From a virus: a DNA stretch of 64,000 bases. Positions 36,901 to 46,572 of the stretch are shown here, in pieces. The translations under genes were made by a program, and so were the position numbers. Every line of letters begins with the position of its first letter. The first letter of the stretch is position 1. The notes under the pieces are model-generated. The model searched no databases, was not told the origin of the DNA, and saw only the letters and a list, made by a program, of their open reading frames with translations. Location of the stretch: positions 1 to 64,000 of the IMG/VR virus record IMGVR_UViG_3300003873_000003; one strand, given 5' to 3'.

Positions 36901-38568
36901 TTATGGCTTAGGGTTATGACCTGTAGCCCTATCCATAATACGCTCTAACATCTCACTATAGAACCCCTCAAATAAAGTACCGTTGTAAACACAGTCAGAA
37001 CAAGCAGGCTCGATGTATTCTTGGATGCGTGGGGAATTAGGTCGCATTTCAAACACTGTACTAAGAACGGCAACACGCCCACCATGCGAAAAGAACCCAT
37101 CTGATACAACATCATAGTACACGTCAATATACCGCATATCAACAGTGCCTTGCTGTAAGAACGCTCCAGTCGGTGTTCCTCTGCGTGTATCAGGGTAGTG
37201 AACTGCCTTGGGTGTGCGGAAACGGTCGGCAGCAAACGAAAGGTCGATAAGCGATAACCCAAAACTTTCAGGGTATAGCAGCGGTACTATCGTGTTGCGG
37301 GGGTCTGACCAAGAGTAAGTGTTCGGTGCGTTGTATGAATAGAAGTAGTCTAGGAACTCAAAAGGGCTTGGGTGTAAGATAAGACTGTCTTCTGTATCAG
37401 CACACTCCGAAGGCGCAGGCTCCATCTCACCAGCTTGCATTGCAATCGTTGCGAAGTTGCTATTCGCAAGTCGAGTCATCCACTCGATACCATAAGTAAT
37501 AGAATCATCGTGACCCATAATAAACGTCAAGTCTATGACCCCAGTGTATTCAGGTGCATTGTCAGCCAACCACGCACCTAACCGACCTGCAATTACCTCG
37601 GGGTACATGAACCGCTTGAGGCGTTCAGATGTAAGAGACACATGGTAAGTAGCAACATCACCAAACTTGGGACCGCAGCCGCCATACTGATTGTCATGGA
37701 ACAAACGATTATCCTCAATCACCAACACGCCATTCCCCACGTGACCTTGAGCAACAAAATAGGAAAGGCTGAACTCAATACCTTCGATAAAGTCTTGGAT
37801 GATGATGGGGTAAGGTAGACCCTTGCCGTTTTCGGGACGCAAAGTCAAAGCACCAATAGACTGACCACGAAGTTCCTTTACGTACACCTTTTTCGAGGTG
37901 TCATCAACGGCGGAGCATACACCGCACCAATCTTCCTCATCTTGAACCGTGACCGTTTTAGGTGTAGCGATACCGAGAGAACGGAACGCCGCATCGCCAA
38001 CACTACGAACTAACTCTAAGTCCCGTGCGGCTTTCGGTGTTCTGGGGAACAGGTTGTACGGCAAGGGTTTACCCTTCGCAACCTTGGAATTGGCTACGCC
38101 TTTATAGATGATGTCATCCAACCATTGATAGAACGGTTTAGTCTGCGCCTGCTGTGCAACTTGTTTGGAACGGGGCTTAGTACGACCACCTTTCGTTGCA
38201 CGGATGTCATCCATAGTTCTTGCGTGCTGGATACCACAGGCAGCAGGGTACACCACAGTCCCACTACCATTCTTCTCGGTAACAAAGTGATGTACGATAC
38301 GCAGCGTAGCTTCCAACGAAAAGGCGTACTCCGACCCACCAATGGAGTGAGGAATCAAGCAGGCAGTTGGATGGTCTGCAAAATAATCAGAGGCAGCGTC
38401 CCTGTTACCGATAACCAGTGTGTTAAACAAAGAAGGTTCAAAGGCTGTACTATCCCTCACCTGCTCCATAGACAAAGAAAAACGAGGTACAAGCAGATTG
38501 AAAGATTTGGTCTTGGGGTCACCGACCGTAATAACACGGTAGTCGTCAATAGAAAATTCGTCACTCAT
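36901..38568 (-). CDS. ATP-grasp amine ligase, PurD (GAR synthetase)-like
   Basis: LFPRTPKAARDLELVR..FRSLGIATP, VYVK, IIIQDFIEGIEFS, EDNRLF..GPKFGD, YTGVIDL, IEWMTRL, GGRV. Confidence 0.7.
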   Translation of the reverse strand: MSDEFSIDDYRVITVGDPKTKSFNLLVPRFSLSMEQVRDSTAFEPSLFNTLVIGNRDAASDYFADHPTACLIPHSIGGSEYAFSLEATLRIVHHFVTEKNGSGTVVYPAACGIQHARTMDDIRATKGGRTKPRSKQVAQQAQTKPFYQWLDDIIYKGVANSKVAKGKPLPYNLFPRTPKAARDLELVRSVGDAAFRSLGIATPKTVTVQDEEDWCGVCSAVDDTSKKVYVKELRGQSIGALTLRPENGKGLPYPIIIQDFIEGIEFSLSYFVAQGHVGNGVLVIEDNRLFHDNQYGGCGPKFGDVATYHVSLTSERLKRFMYPEVIAGRLGAWLADNAPEYTGVIDLTFIMGHDDSITYGIEWMTRLANSNFATIAMQAGEMEPAPSECADTEDSLILHPSPFEFLDYFYSYNAPNTYSWSDPRNTIVPLLYPESFGLSLIDLSFAADRFRTPKAVHYPDTRRGTPTGAFLQQGTVDMRYIDVYYDVVSDGFFSHGGRVAVLSTVFEMRPNSPRIQEYIEPACSDCVYNGTLFEGFYSEMLERIMDRATGHNPKP

Positions 38569-39278
38569 AGCTCAACTCCTAGTTCTTTGAAAAGTTCATC
38601 CACTTCGATACAAATGGGGCATTCATGGCAAGGTTCAGCATACTCGCAGCTTTGAGTACGCGCAAAGTCAATACCCATTGAAATGCCAAACTGAATAACC
38701 TCACGCTTCGTTAGGGACTCAAGCGGTGCTGTGACCAAGAAAGGCTCTGCGAAGGATGAAAAGATAGTGTCGTTCACCTGTGTATGGATTTGGCGGCAAG
38801 CATCCCGACCACGCATTAGGTTCAAGTCTGTGTTCATACCCAATTCAGATTGGTTGGATTGGAACCCCGTAGCTAAGCGGTTACAGCCGTTATAAGAGGC
38901 AACCGTGGCTGCCATGAGCATGAACAAAGGGTTGCGCCCATTAAGGAATCCCATCTCGGTGTCGGTCAGTACACAACAGTCATCACGATGGACACCTTTC
39001 TTTTGCAACTCGTAGTCTTCTTGGAAAGTAGGAACAGAGGTCAACTTACTGTAGTCCCAATCAATAACGTGCGTCTTAACTGTGCAACCGCAGTAATTTG
39101 ACAGGAAGTTTGCGTGCCAGTTCATATTGCGTTTCATGGTTTCAAAGTTCGCATTGCCTCCATTCACTAGGATTAACATGCCTAGTGAGCCAGCCTCTGC
39201 CAACATGTACGCAGCTACAGTGCTGTCGATACCTCCACTGTAAAGTACGGCTTGTTTCTTCTCAATCGGTTTTGTCAT
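38565..39278 (-). CDS. QueC-family PP-loop ATPase, divergent second copy
   Basis: LYSGGIDST, GRNPLF, DACR in place of YPDCR, TKREVI, SC...CHECPIC. Confidence 0.8.
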   Translation of the reverse strand: MTKPIEKKQAVLYSGGIDSTVAAYMLAEAGSLGMLILVNGGNANFETMKRNMNWHANFLSNYCGCTVKTHVIDWDYSKLTSVPTFQEDYELQKKGVHRDDCCVLTDTEMGFLNGRNPLFMLMAATVASYNGCNRLATGFQSNQSELGMNTDLNLMRGRDACRQIHTQVNDTIFSSFAEPFLVTAPLESLTKREVIQFGISMGIDFARTQSCEYAEPCHECPICIEVDELFKELGVEL

Positions 39279-39312
39279 AACATCTCCTTGTTTTGTAGTC
39301 ACAATTTACACT

Positions 39313-39993
39313 TTACCCATCTTCATACAGCGTAGGGTCAACAATGCCTGCCAACGAAAAGGCTAAACGGCGTTCCGTACAAGTACCGCACTTACCACAG
39401 TGGGTCACCCCACCTTTATAGCAACTGTATGTTTCTGCGAACGGTACACCCAAGCTTGCACCGATAGATACAATTTCGTTCTTAGTCAACCCACCGAAGG
39501 GGCTTACAACTTCAACACCACCGTATGTGCCTAATGAAGCAGCCTTACTCATAGCAGTTGTGAACTCGGTACGGCAATCGGGGTAGATGGCGTTGTCTCC
39601 TTTATGCGAGGCTAGGTAAACATGGTTAAGCTTACGGGCTTCTGCGATAGCTACAGCCACAGACAACATCACACCGTTACGGAAAGGAACCACAGTGCTA
39701 CGCATCGTAGCATCCTCGTAGTGACCTTCAGGGACGTCACCTGCACCCGAAATCAAGGAACTCAGCTCACCTAAGCTGCATTGGTTGAAGACGTTATGCA
39801 AAGGTATGACGAGGTGCTCCGTGTTAGTGATAGAGCAGTTACGAGAGGCACATTCGAGTTCTCGCTCATTGTGATTTGAACCGTAGTCGAACGACACCGC
39901 TAGAGCAGGCTTCATTTGGTACAACAGAGTGGTACTATCTAGACCCCCACTGTAGATTAAGATACCAGTATTTTCGAGAATGTTAGGTTTCAT
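39313..39993 (-). CDS. queC: 7-cyano-7-deazaguanine (preQ0) synthase
   Basis: YSGGLDSTT, FDYGS, STVVPFRN, YPDCR, TYSCY, HCGKCGTCTER. Confidence 0.95.
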   Translation of the reverse strand: MKPNILENTGILIYSGGLDSTTLLYQMKPALAVSFDYGSNHNERELECASRNCSITNTEHLVIPLHNVFNQCSLGELSSLISGAGDVPEGHYEDATMRSTVVPFRNGVMLSVAVAIAEARKLNHVYLASHKGDNAIYPDCRTEFTTAMSKAASLGTYGGVEVVSPFGGLTKNEIVSIGASLGVPFAETYSCYKGGVTHCGKCGTCTERRLAFSLAGIVDPTLYEDG

Positions 39994-41138
39994 TTTGAAT
40001 CTCCATTTGAATCATTTACTTTCAGAATACACCGCTTTAAGGAGTACAAACGGTCAGGGTCAAGCAGGTCAAGATAGTCAGGATAAAACTTCACAGGATT
40101 TACATATTGTACTTCGGGCTTATACCCATCAGGCAAGTCACGTAAGGCGGCTTCAATAGCTTGATTGTAATAGTCACAGTAAGAAACAATATGCACAGGT
40201 TTATGTTTGATGATATACTTCCTAACCTGCTGCATAGCACGCCAGTCATTAGGCACGCCACTATCGTACATAGGTGCTACACCCCAGAGGTCTTGAGGTA
40301 CGATACCTAGAACACCAGTAACGATAGCAATAGTCCAAGTATCAATCCAGTCCTCATCAGGGGCTTCACAAGAAGCGAGTGTATCCATGACGGCTTTGTG
40401 CATAGGGGAAGGGTACGGCTTATCCGCAGCACATGGAACGAGTAGCAGATTCGAGGTTGGATTTGAAGGGCTATAATCATCTAAGTCCTCCAAGTAGTCC
40501 AGTACAGTTGGTCGGTGGAACCCTCCGTTGTTAGTCACCACGAAAGACTTATCATGCAACCCTACACACCAATGAGGCTGAAAGCCTTGCACATCAAGCT
40601 TCCACAAGAAATCCGTAAGCTCTGGGCGCATAGAGGCAGACCACTCGACAGCCGAGCGTGTAACCTCCAAATCAGTGAAAGTCAACGCCACGTCCTCCTC
40701 AAATTCTACAGTAGGTAACTGCACTTCAACCCCCATGTAACGCAAAAGCATACACCAAGAAGAGGGAGGATACTTCGCAATGACTTTAGGTGCATCTTTT
40801 AAGTCGCCCGTACATTGGGTCGGTAAGAGAGGAGCGAGCGTAGAAACGTACCCATCCTCATCCATGTTAAAGTCCCGCCATGTAAAGTTTGGGTTGGCAA
40901 GCTGGAACAGCTTTTTGAACAACGTCATGTAGCCTTGATAGGTGTCCTCATACGACTCGCCTTTATTAGGCGCACTCAAGTAAATGGTGTAAGTCTCTTG
41001 TGGGTCTTCGTCAGACAGACCTAGTGTGTGGTTACAAGGGTAACCAAACAGCTCACCGTGGATACAGGGGACTCCACTGACCTTTACGTGTGAGCTAAGG
41101 TCTTCGGGTGTAGGTGACGGTAGTTCTTGTTCATCCAT
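39990..41138 (-). CDS. arcS: DUF5591 / archaeosine synthase (ArcS)-like protein
   Basis: LLVPCAADKPYPSPMH, IVTGVLGIVPQDL..PMYDSG match the ArcS core pattern PCxxxKPY...S.H...GxVPxE...YD; ATGA-coupled to queC. Confidence 0.75.
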   Translation of the reverse strand: MDEQELPSPTPEDLSSHVKVSGVPCIHGELFGYPCNHTLGLSDEDPQETYTIYLSAPNKGESYEDTYQGYMTLFKKLFQLANPNFTWRDFNMDEDGYVSTLAPLLPTQCTGDLKDAPKVIAKYPPSSWCMLLRYMGVEVQLPTVEFEEDVALTFTDLEVTRSAVEWSASMRPELTDFLWKLDVQGFQPHWCVGLHDKSFVVTNNGGFHRPTVLDYLEDLDDYSPSNPTSNLLLVPCAADKPYPSPMHKAVMDTLASCEAPDEDWIDTWTIAIVTGVLGIVPQDLWGVAPMYDSGVPNDWRAMQQVRKYIIKHKPVHIVSYCDYYNQAIEAALRDLPDGYKPEVQYVNPVKFYPDYLDLLDPDRLYSLKRCILKVNDSNGDSK

Positions 41139-41226
41139 TGGTTTCTCTCCTCTTAATCATGCGGGTCTAATAACAATTCACTGCACTTGCGGTACATTTA
41201 CAGTTTATACGTTGAAAAAAATTAAC

Positions 41227-41267
41227 AAAAAAAAGCCGCCCTACCCTCACTTGGGTAAGACGGCTTT
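41227..41267 (-). terminator. Rho-independent terminator
   Basis: aaagccgccctaccc...gggtaagacggcttt with A-run. Confidence 0.7.
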
Positions 41268-41283
41268 CTAAGAGGTAAGCTAC

Positions 41284-41715
41284 TTAGCGAAGCTTACGGG
41301 ACTTCGGTTGCTTAGAAGCGTGACCTTGCTTCTTAGGTGCATCGGGTGCATCAGGTGCATCGGGTGCATCAGGTGCATCGGGTACATCAGAATTTACCCC
41401 TTCTTGACCGTCAACACCAGTATCCTGTGTTGAACCCTCGGTAGTAGACTCGGATTGGGCTTCCTTCCGAGACTTAACCAACGCAGTCAAAGCGTCCAAC
41501 GCATCTTGAGTAAGATGTGCAACACGAGGTAAGACAAACCGAATAGATGCAGCTAAGTAAGAATCCTGCGATACCTTACCCCACACGCCATCTAACTTGC
41601 CTAATGGGTACTCACCCAAGCTCTTGAGAGCCTTCTGACCTTCAAGGAACATGGTGTTTACTTCATGTTCCGAATTGCCTTCGTTATCAATAATACCTTT
41701 TCCTTCTTCACTCAT
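41284..41715 (-). CDS. Hypothetical protein with (PDA)n repeat
   Basis: AGGAGG RBS; 9-bp tandem repeat around 41336-41390. Confidence 0.7.
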   Translation of the reverse strand: MSEEGKGIIDNEGNSEHEVNTMFLEGQKALKSLGEYPLGKLDGVWGKVSQDSYLAASIRFVLPRVAHLTQDALDALTALVKSRKEAQSESTTEGSTQDTGVDGQEGVNSDVPDAPDAPDAPDAPDAPKKQGHASKQPKSRKLR

Positions 41716-41739
41716 AATAGCCTCCTTTTAGCTACTTCG

Positions 41740-44700
41740 TTATTTGCTACGAACATGGATTGCCCGTAGTTCGTCCAACACGCCCTCTTTGTTGATGATA
41801 CCAACGTCACGAGAGATTGACTCCAGAACCTGTTTAGCTTCCGCAGGTGTCTTCAAGAACAAGAACTTGCGTGATGGCTCTAAACGGAACTTAACGCCGT
41901 TCACATGCAATGAAGGCAAGTGAACCGCACTAGGGGCACGATTAGATACAACAATATACAGCTCACCATCTTGAACCATTGGGTATGGCAACAACGTACC
42001 TTTAGGGATAGGTTTCTTCTTCAAGTTCCAGAAGTTCACAATATCCTTCCAGTTAGACCGTGAGATGTCACTGATACGCTTGTTACGTGGCAGCATCTCC
42101 AAGAAGTCCTCAAGCTTGTCCATGCGAGATTGAGGTATGTTGAACGTGATACCTTTACGCTTGCCATTGGATTTCTTAGACTTCTTAACTGTAGGTGCCA
42201 CAGTGCTATCAGCAGGAATACCTGCTAAGAAAGCATCCAACAATTCATCAAGCTGCTTACGCTTAGTAATGTGAGCAGCCCAATAAGCACCAACATCCTT
42301 GAAGCCATGCTTGGATAGAACGCCTGCATCAGGGTCATCACTAAGAACAGACAACACTAGATGCTCATTGAAGCTTCCTGCATACAACTCGACACCTTCG
42401 TCCTCTTCGTCAATCTCCTCCCCGAATGGTGAGGCAGAAGACTTAGCCTTGCCTTTAGCCTTAACCTTAGCTTTAGGCTTGCGAGTCTTACGTGGCTCGG
42501 CAGGCTCATCAGCAGATTCATCCTCGCCGTCAGCCCAGCTATCAATGTCCTCATCAGTAAACCCATCGGACTCGTCATCGTCTTCTTCGATTTCAAACTC
42601 GTCATCGTCTTCTTCGATTTCAAACTCGCCGTCATCGTCTTCTTCAAGTTCTTCTTCAAAGCCATCGAACATGGATTTGCCTGATACACTCAACATGTCG
42701 TCCCACAAGCTTTCGCCTTCCTCACTAACTTCATCCTCGAAGCGGAAGAATACGCTAGTAATAGGGAACGATACTTTGCGTTTGCCACCAGCAAGCATAA
42801 CTTGTAGGCGGGTCTTACCAACCTTAGTTACCATGCCAGCACCAAGCTCTGTAAGCACAGTCTCACCATACAGTGAGTTCTCATCACCTTCATGGCGTGT
42901 AAGAAACTCGCCTACAGTAACCAACCCTAGGGCTTCGGCGTTCGGCAGGCTTTCAGGTGACATGCCGGGGATAAACGGCTGGTCATCGAGTTCCTTGTAG
43001 TCCTTCGGTGCAGGAAGAGCCACCACAGGAATCATCTCGGGGAACTCTTTGCGTTTAGCTTCAAACTCCCTATCCTCAAACTCCTTGATGCCTTGGTAAC
43101 CATCGAGGTACTTAGCTAAGGATTCTTGAGTCCTAAATTGGTCAAAACTCTGGGTATTCATGGTGATAGTACCAAGAGACTCAAACGCATTGCTGTCATA
43201 GTAAGGGTTGTCAGCTTCCGTAAAGTTCAGGTTACTGATAGTCTTACTAATCAAGCGGGCTGTCTTAGCCATCTCCATACTACCTTCGATAACGAGCCAG
43301 TCAAAGTAGATAACCTTGCCTGCATCGAAGTTATTAACATCAGGGCGGAAGATACGAGACAATGCTTGGTCGTGGTCTCCTGGAGCCCATACAGACTGCA
43401 CACGAATCAACCGAGTACAGAACTGGAAGTTGAAGCCAGTGTTAAGGGTCTTCTCCGTTGCAAACAAAACAACCTTGTTAGGGTCAGTGTAAAAAGAAGA
43501 CAAATCAGTTTTGTGCTTACCATGGTAAAGGATAGCTTTATCGCCATGACGGGATGCTTCCATCAAGTGTTCCACAGCAGATACGTTTGTTGTGAACACA
43601 AGAATCTTACCTTTTGAAGCTTCTGGGTCTGCCAAATGAGCATCAATCAGGTCATCCACCATCTTCACTTTAGGGCTGATTAAGTCTTCGCCTTCCAACA
43701 ACTCACGACCACCATCGGAAGTGCTTGGGTCCACTACAAACTGCTCTAGGTCAGTCAATGAGTTCATCAACTTGGATTCAAGCATCTTCATAGAGGCAGC
43801 ATCTTTCTTGCGGAGTAACGCCTTGTAAGCGGGGTCAGATTTAACCTTCTCCAACGCTTCTTGCAACATCAAGTCATGCGTTGTTTGTTGGTTAGGGCTG
43901 AACTTACCAAAGTGCATCTTCTCAACCAACGTAGGTAACATAAACGCCCAGTCACTACGTTTCGCACTCAAAGAGGCAGCGTATGGTGCTAAGGTATCCT
44001 GAATAGCTTTAGCCGACTGAGGGGTCAACGCACCATTCTCATTCATAAACTTAGCTTTGAAGTTATTGACGTTATAGAAGATAGAGCCGTCAATAAGGTT
44101 CCCAAGACCTACCAAGTCAGCAACAGTGTTAGACACCAAAGTACCTGATGCGAACCGCTTGTACTTAGCCCCCATGATAATACGGTTAGCCGCAATACTA
44201 CGTTGGCTAGTAGGGTTCTTCAAGTTGTGGCTTTCATCCATAACAACTAAATCACACCCCAACTCTGCTATCTTGATAGCATTCAAGTAAAGGTCAACAT
44301 GCTCACCGCCGAACGCAACGGAGGACTTGTTAGACATACTCAAGAAGTTGTACGACACAAGGAAGATAGTGTTACGAGGTGCAGCCTTCGCCATCTCGAA
44401 TAGGTCACGACCTTCACGCTCCCAAAGGTTCACTGTATCAGAGTGGAAAGGGAAGAAGTTGATATTACCATGTGTGAATTTGCGAATCTCGCCTGCCCAT
44501 TGCGACAATAACTGCCCTGGAGCTAACAAGATAGGACGTTTCACACGACCTTCACTCATCATAGTCAAGATGTCCAAAATAGACATACATGTTTTACCAC
44601 CCCCAGGCTGTACAGACATCATAGCCGCAGGTGAGATACCGTCATCGTCAAGCTTGTGCAAAATCTTGGCTTGGTGAGGGAACACTTTAGTCCCAGGAGC

Positions 44701-46572
44701 CACACCAGCGATTTCCAAAGGTACTTTAGCTTCCTCTGCACTAACTACAGCCTTGTTCTTCTTACACAATTCAGCGTAGTCAGATTTCAGCTTGTTGATA
44801 GAATCAATATCGCCATATTTACGAATCCACACAAAGAAAGGATGGTTACGCAAAGCAGTGGTGTACGTGTGGGTCTTAGACAACACAGCAACATCATCGA
44901 AGGGATGACGAAGATACTCGACCACAGTAGCGCAAACAGCACGCTGAACGAAAGCATCGGGCAAGTATGTATCAGGGTCTAGTTCATCTGTAGAGAACAA
45001 GTCCTTAGAAGCCAGTGGAAGACGACCGTTACTATCAACAGAAAGGAAGTCAGCACCAGTTAAGGTATCACGTGGACCACGACCTGCATATTGGCTCAAG
45101 AATAAATCAGCAGCTTTAGCTAAGCGAGCAGCATCCTTCCCACCATACTTCAACTTGCCTACATCTTCCATTGCTTTCGCAAACATGGTTTCCCACAAGT
45201 CATGCAGTTCAGGGGTTGCGCCCATATAACCAAGAATAAGCAAATACGTGTCTAGGTTCTTAGACAACAAGTAACGGATAACGTAGGCATGAGGCGGCTT
45301 AACACACCCACGAAGGTTAGTGGTGACAGGAGTCAAACTCGAATGGTCTATAGTCAAGTAAAGCTCTGATACCCAATCCTCATAAATAGGTAATGCTTTA
45401 ACTGCACCCAAGATAGCCCGATACTTATCCTTATGTTCTGAATCAACATCGGAAACACCATAGATAACTTTACCCGTCTCGGGGTTATACAAGCTATCCA
45501 TCAGGTCGTAGTATGCAGCAACAGCACCTTTACTCACAGGTGGTAAGTACATGCACTGACCCGAACTCAAGATAACGATGCGCTCGTCCTCATCGTAACG
45601 ACCTTTCAGGTGAGGTGAGTTTGGAACACTAGACTCCAAGTTCTCCAATGTAACGTTGCGAGCCATAGGCTTAGGCTTATCACGTTGCTTTCCGCTAGGG
45701 ATAAAGCGGCTTGCCCACTCGTAAGCAGGTGCAATGCGGAAGTTGTCCTCGGTAGTACCCGTACCCCATTCAAGTAATGCCTTTGGTACATTGATTGTCA
45801 TGTGTCCCCTGACAGTACCTTCAATAACATAGGCTTGTCTTCCAGTGCGCAGAAACACGGAAGTAGAGTTCTTCTCAATGCTATACTCGGAGTTACCATC
45901 CTCGTCTTCTTCCAAAGCAACCTTAGAATCAAGTTCCATGGTCAGCTTGATTGTTGGAGACAGTAGCTCCATCATAGACTCGGCAGCAGCACCTCGGAAG
46001 CTGTTAGGCGCACCGACAGTATCACCGATGTCATCATCGCTATCAAGTGTAGGAAGCAATACGGACTCTTCTGATAACGCATCCATCCAAGCGTCAATAG
46101 GCAACTCGATAGAAGCAGTACCGCCTTGCTTGACGGCAGAACGCCATAAGTCAGCCAGTTCTTCGACAGCAGGTGCAGGAGCATCAGCGATGCGAGCCAC
46201 ACGGATGAAACCTAGACTGTAGGTAATATCATACGATGTGCCATCGTCATTCTCCAACATGACAATGCGTTCTTTCTTAGAAGCCTCCATGACACGACTT
46301 AGAATACTACCGTCATTGACGCTAGGAAACAAAGAGTCATTCTTAATCAAGAACTTAGAGTCCCGTTGCAAGTCCTTCATAGGGCGAGGGTCTTGCAGGT
46401 GTTGGTAGGCACACACGGCAGTGCGTTTTGCACTGTAATAAAACGGCTCGAAGTTGGATGCCAAGGTCTCACCTAGGCTATCAACGCCAAGGGCATATCT
46501 GCTATTTCGGGATTTCTTTGCGGACGTTACAGGTGTAACATCACGATGGGAGCTTTGGCTTCCACTAAACAT
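41740..46572 (-). CDS. Giant SNF2-family helicase/ATPase with acidic region
   Basis: FPHQ, QPGGGKT, LLSQW, MDESH, ASGT, SPKV, TGFN, QALSRIFR; AAGGAGG RBS before MFSGS. Confidence 0.88.
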   Translation of the reverse strand: MFSGSQSSHRDVTPVTSAKKSRNSRYALGVDSLGETLASNFEPFYYSAKRTAVCAYQHLQDPRPMKDLQRDSKFLIKNDSLFPSVNDGSILSRVMEASKKERIVMLENDDGTSYDITYSLGFIRVARIADAPAPAVEELADLWRSAVKQGGTASIELPIDAWMDALSEESVLLPTLDSDDDIGDTVGAPNSFRGAAAESMMELLSPTIKLTMELDSKVALEEDEDGNSEYSIEKNSTSVFLRTGRQAYVIEGTVRGHMTINVPKALLEWGTGTTEDNFRIAPAYEWASRFIPSGKQRDKPKPMARNVTLENLESSVPNSPHLKGRYDEDERIVILSSGQCMYLPPVSKGAVAAYYDLMDSLYNPETGKVIYGVSDVDSEHKDKYRAILGAVKALPIYEDWVSELYLTIDHSSLTPVTTNLRGCVKPPHAYVIRYLLSKNLDTYLLILGYMGATPELHDLWETMFAKAMEDVGKLKYGGKDAARLAKAADLFLSQYAGRGPRDTLTGADFLSVDSNGRLPLASKDLFSTDELDPDTYLPDAFVQRAVCATVVEYLRHPFDDVAVLSKTHTYTTALRNHPFFVWIRKYGDIDSINKLKSDYAELCKKNKAVVSAEEAKVPLEIAGVAPGTKVFPHQAKILHKLDDDGISPAAMMSVQPGGGKTCMSILDILTMMSEGRVKRPILLAPGQLLSQWAGEIRKFTHGNINFFPFHSDTVNLWEREGRDLFEMAKAAPRNTIFLVSYNFLSMSNKSSVAFGGEHVDLYLNAIKIAELGCDLVVMDESHNLKNPTSQRSIAANRIIMGAKYKRFASGTLVSNTVADLVGLGNLIDGSIFYNVNNFKAKFMNENGALTPQSAKAIQDTLAPYAASLSAKRSDWAFMLPTLVEKMHFGKFSPNQQTTHDLMLQEALEKVKSDPAYKALLRKKDAASMKMLESKLMNSLTDLEQFVVDPSTSDGGRELLEGEDLISPKVKMVDDLIDAHLADPEASKGKILVFTTNVSAVEHLMEASRHGDKAILYHGKHKTDLSSFYTDPNKVVLFATEKTLNTGFNFQFCTRLIRVQSVWAPGDHDQALSRIFRPDVNNFDAGKVIYFDWLVIEGSMEMAKTARLISKTISNLNFTEADNPYYDSNAFESLGTITMNTQSFDQFRTQESLAKYLDGYQGIKEFEDREFEAKRKEFPEMIPVVALPAPKDYKELDDQPFIPGMSPESLPNAEALGLVTVGEFLTRHEGDENSLYGETVLTELGAGMVTKVGKTRLQVMLAGGKRKVSFPITSVFFRFEDEVSEEGESLWDDMLSVSGKSMFDGFEEELEEDDDGEFEIEEDDDEFEIEEDDDESDGFTDEDIDSWADGEDESADEPAEPRKTRKPKAKVKAKGKAKSSASPFGEEIDEEDEGVELYAGSFNEHLVLSVLSDDPDAGVLSKHGFKDVGAYWAAHITKRKQLDELLDAFLAGIPADSTVAPTVKKSKKSNGKRKGITFNIPQSRMDKLEDFLEMLPRNKRISDISRSNWKDIVNFWNLKKKPIPKGTLLPYPMVQDGELYIVVSNRAPSAVHLPSLHVNGVKFRLEPSRKFLFLKTPAEAKQVLESISRDVGIINKEGVLDELRAIHVRSK

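Noticed and set aside
36901-38568. Genuine purD, or a PurZ-type diaminopurine pathway
   Set aside because: Key PurD motifs are altered and no other pur genes are present; the fold is ATP-grasp, not adenylosuccinate-synthetase-like.
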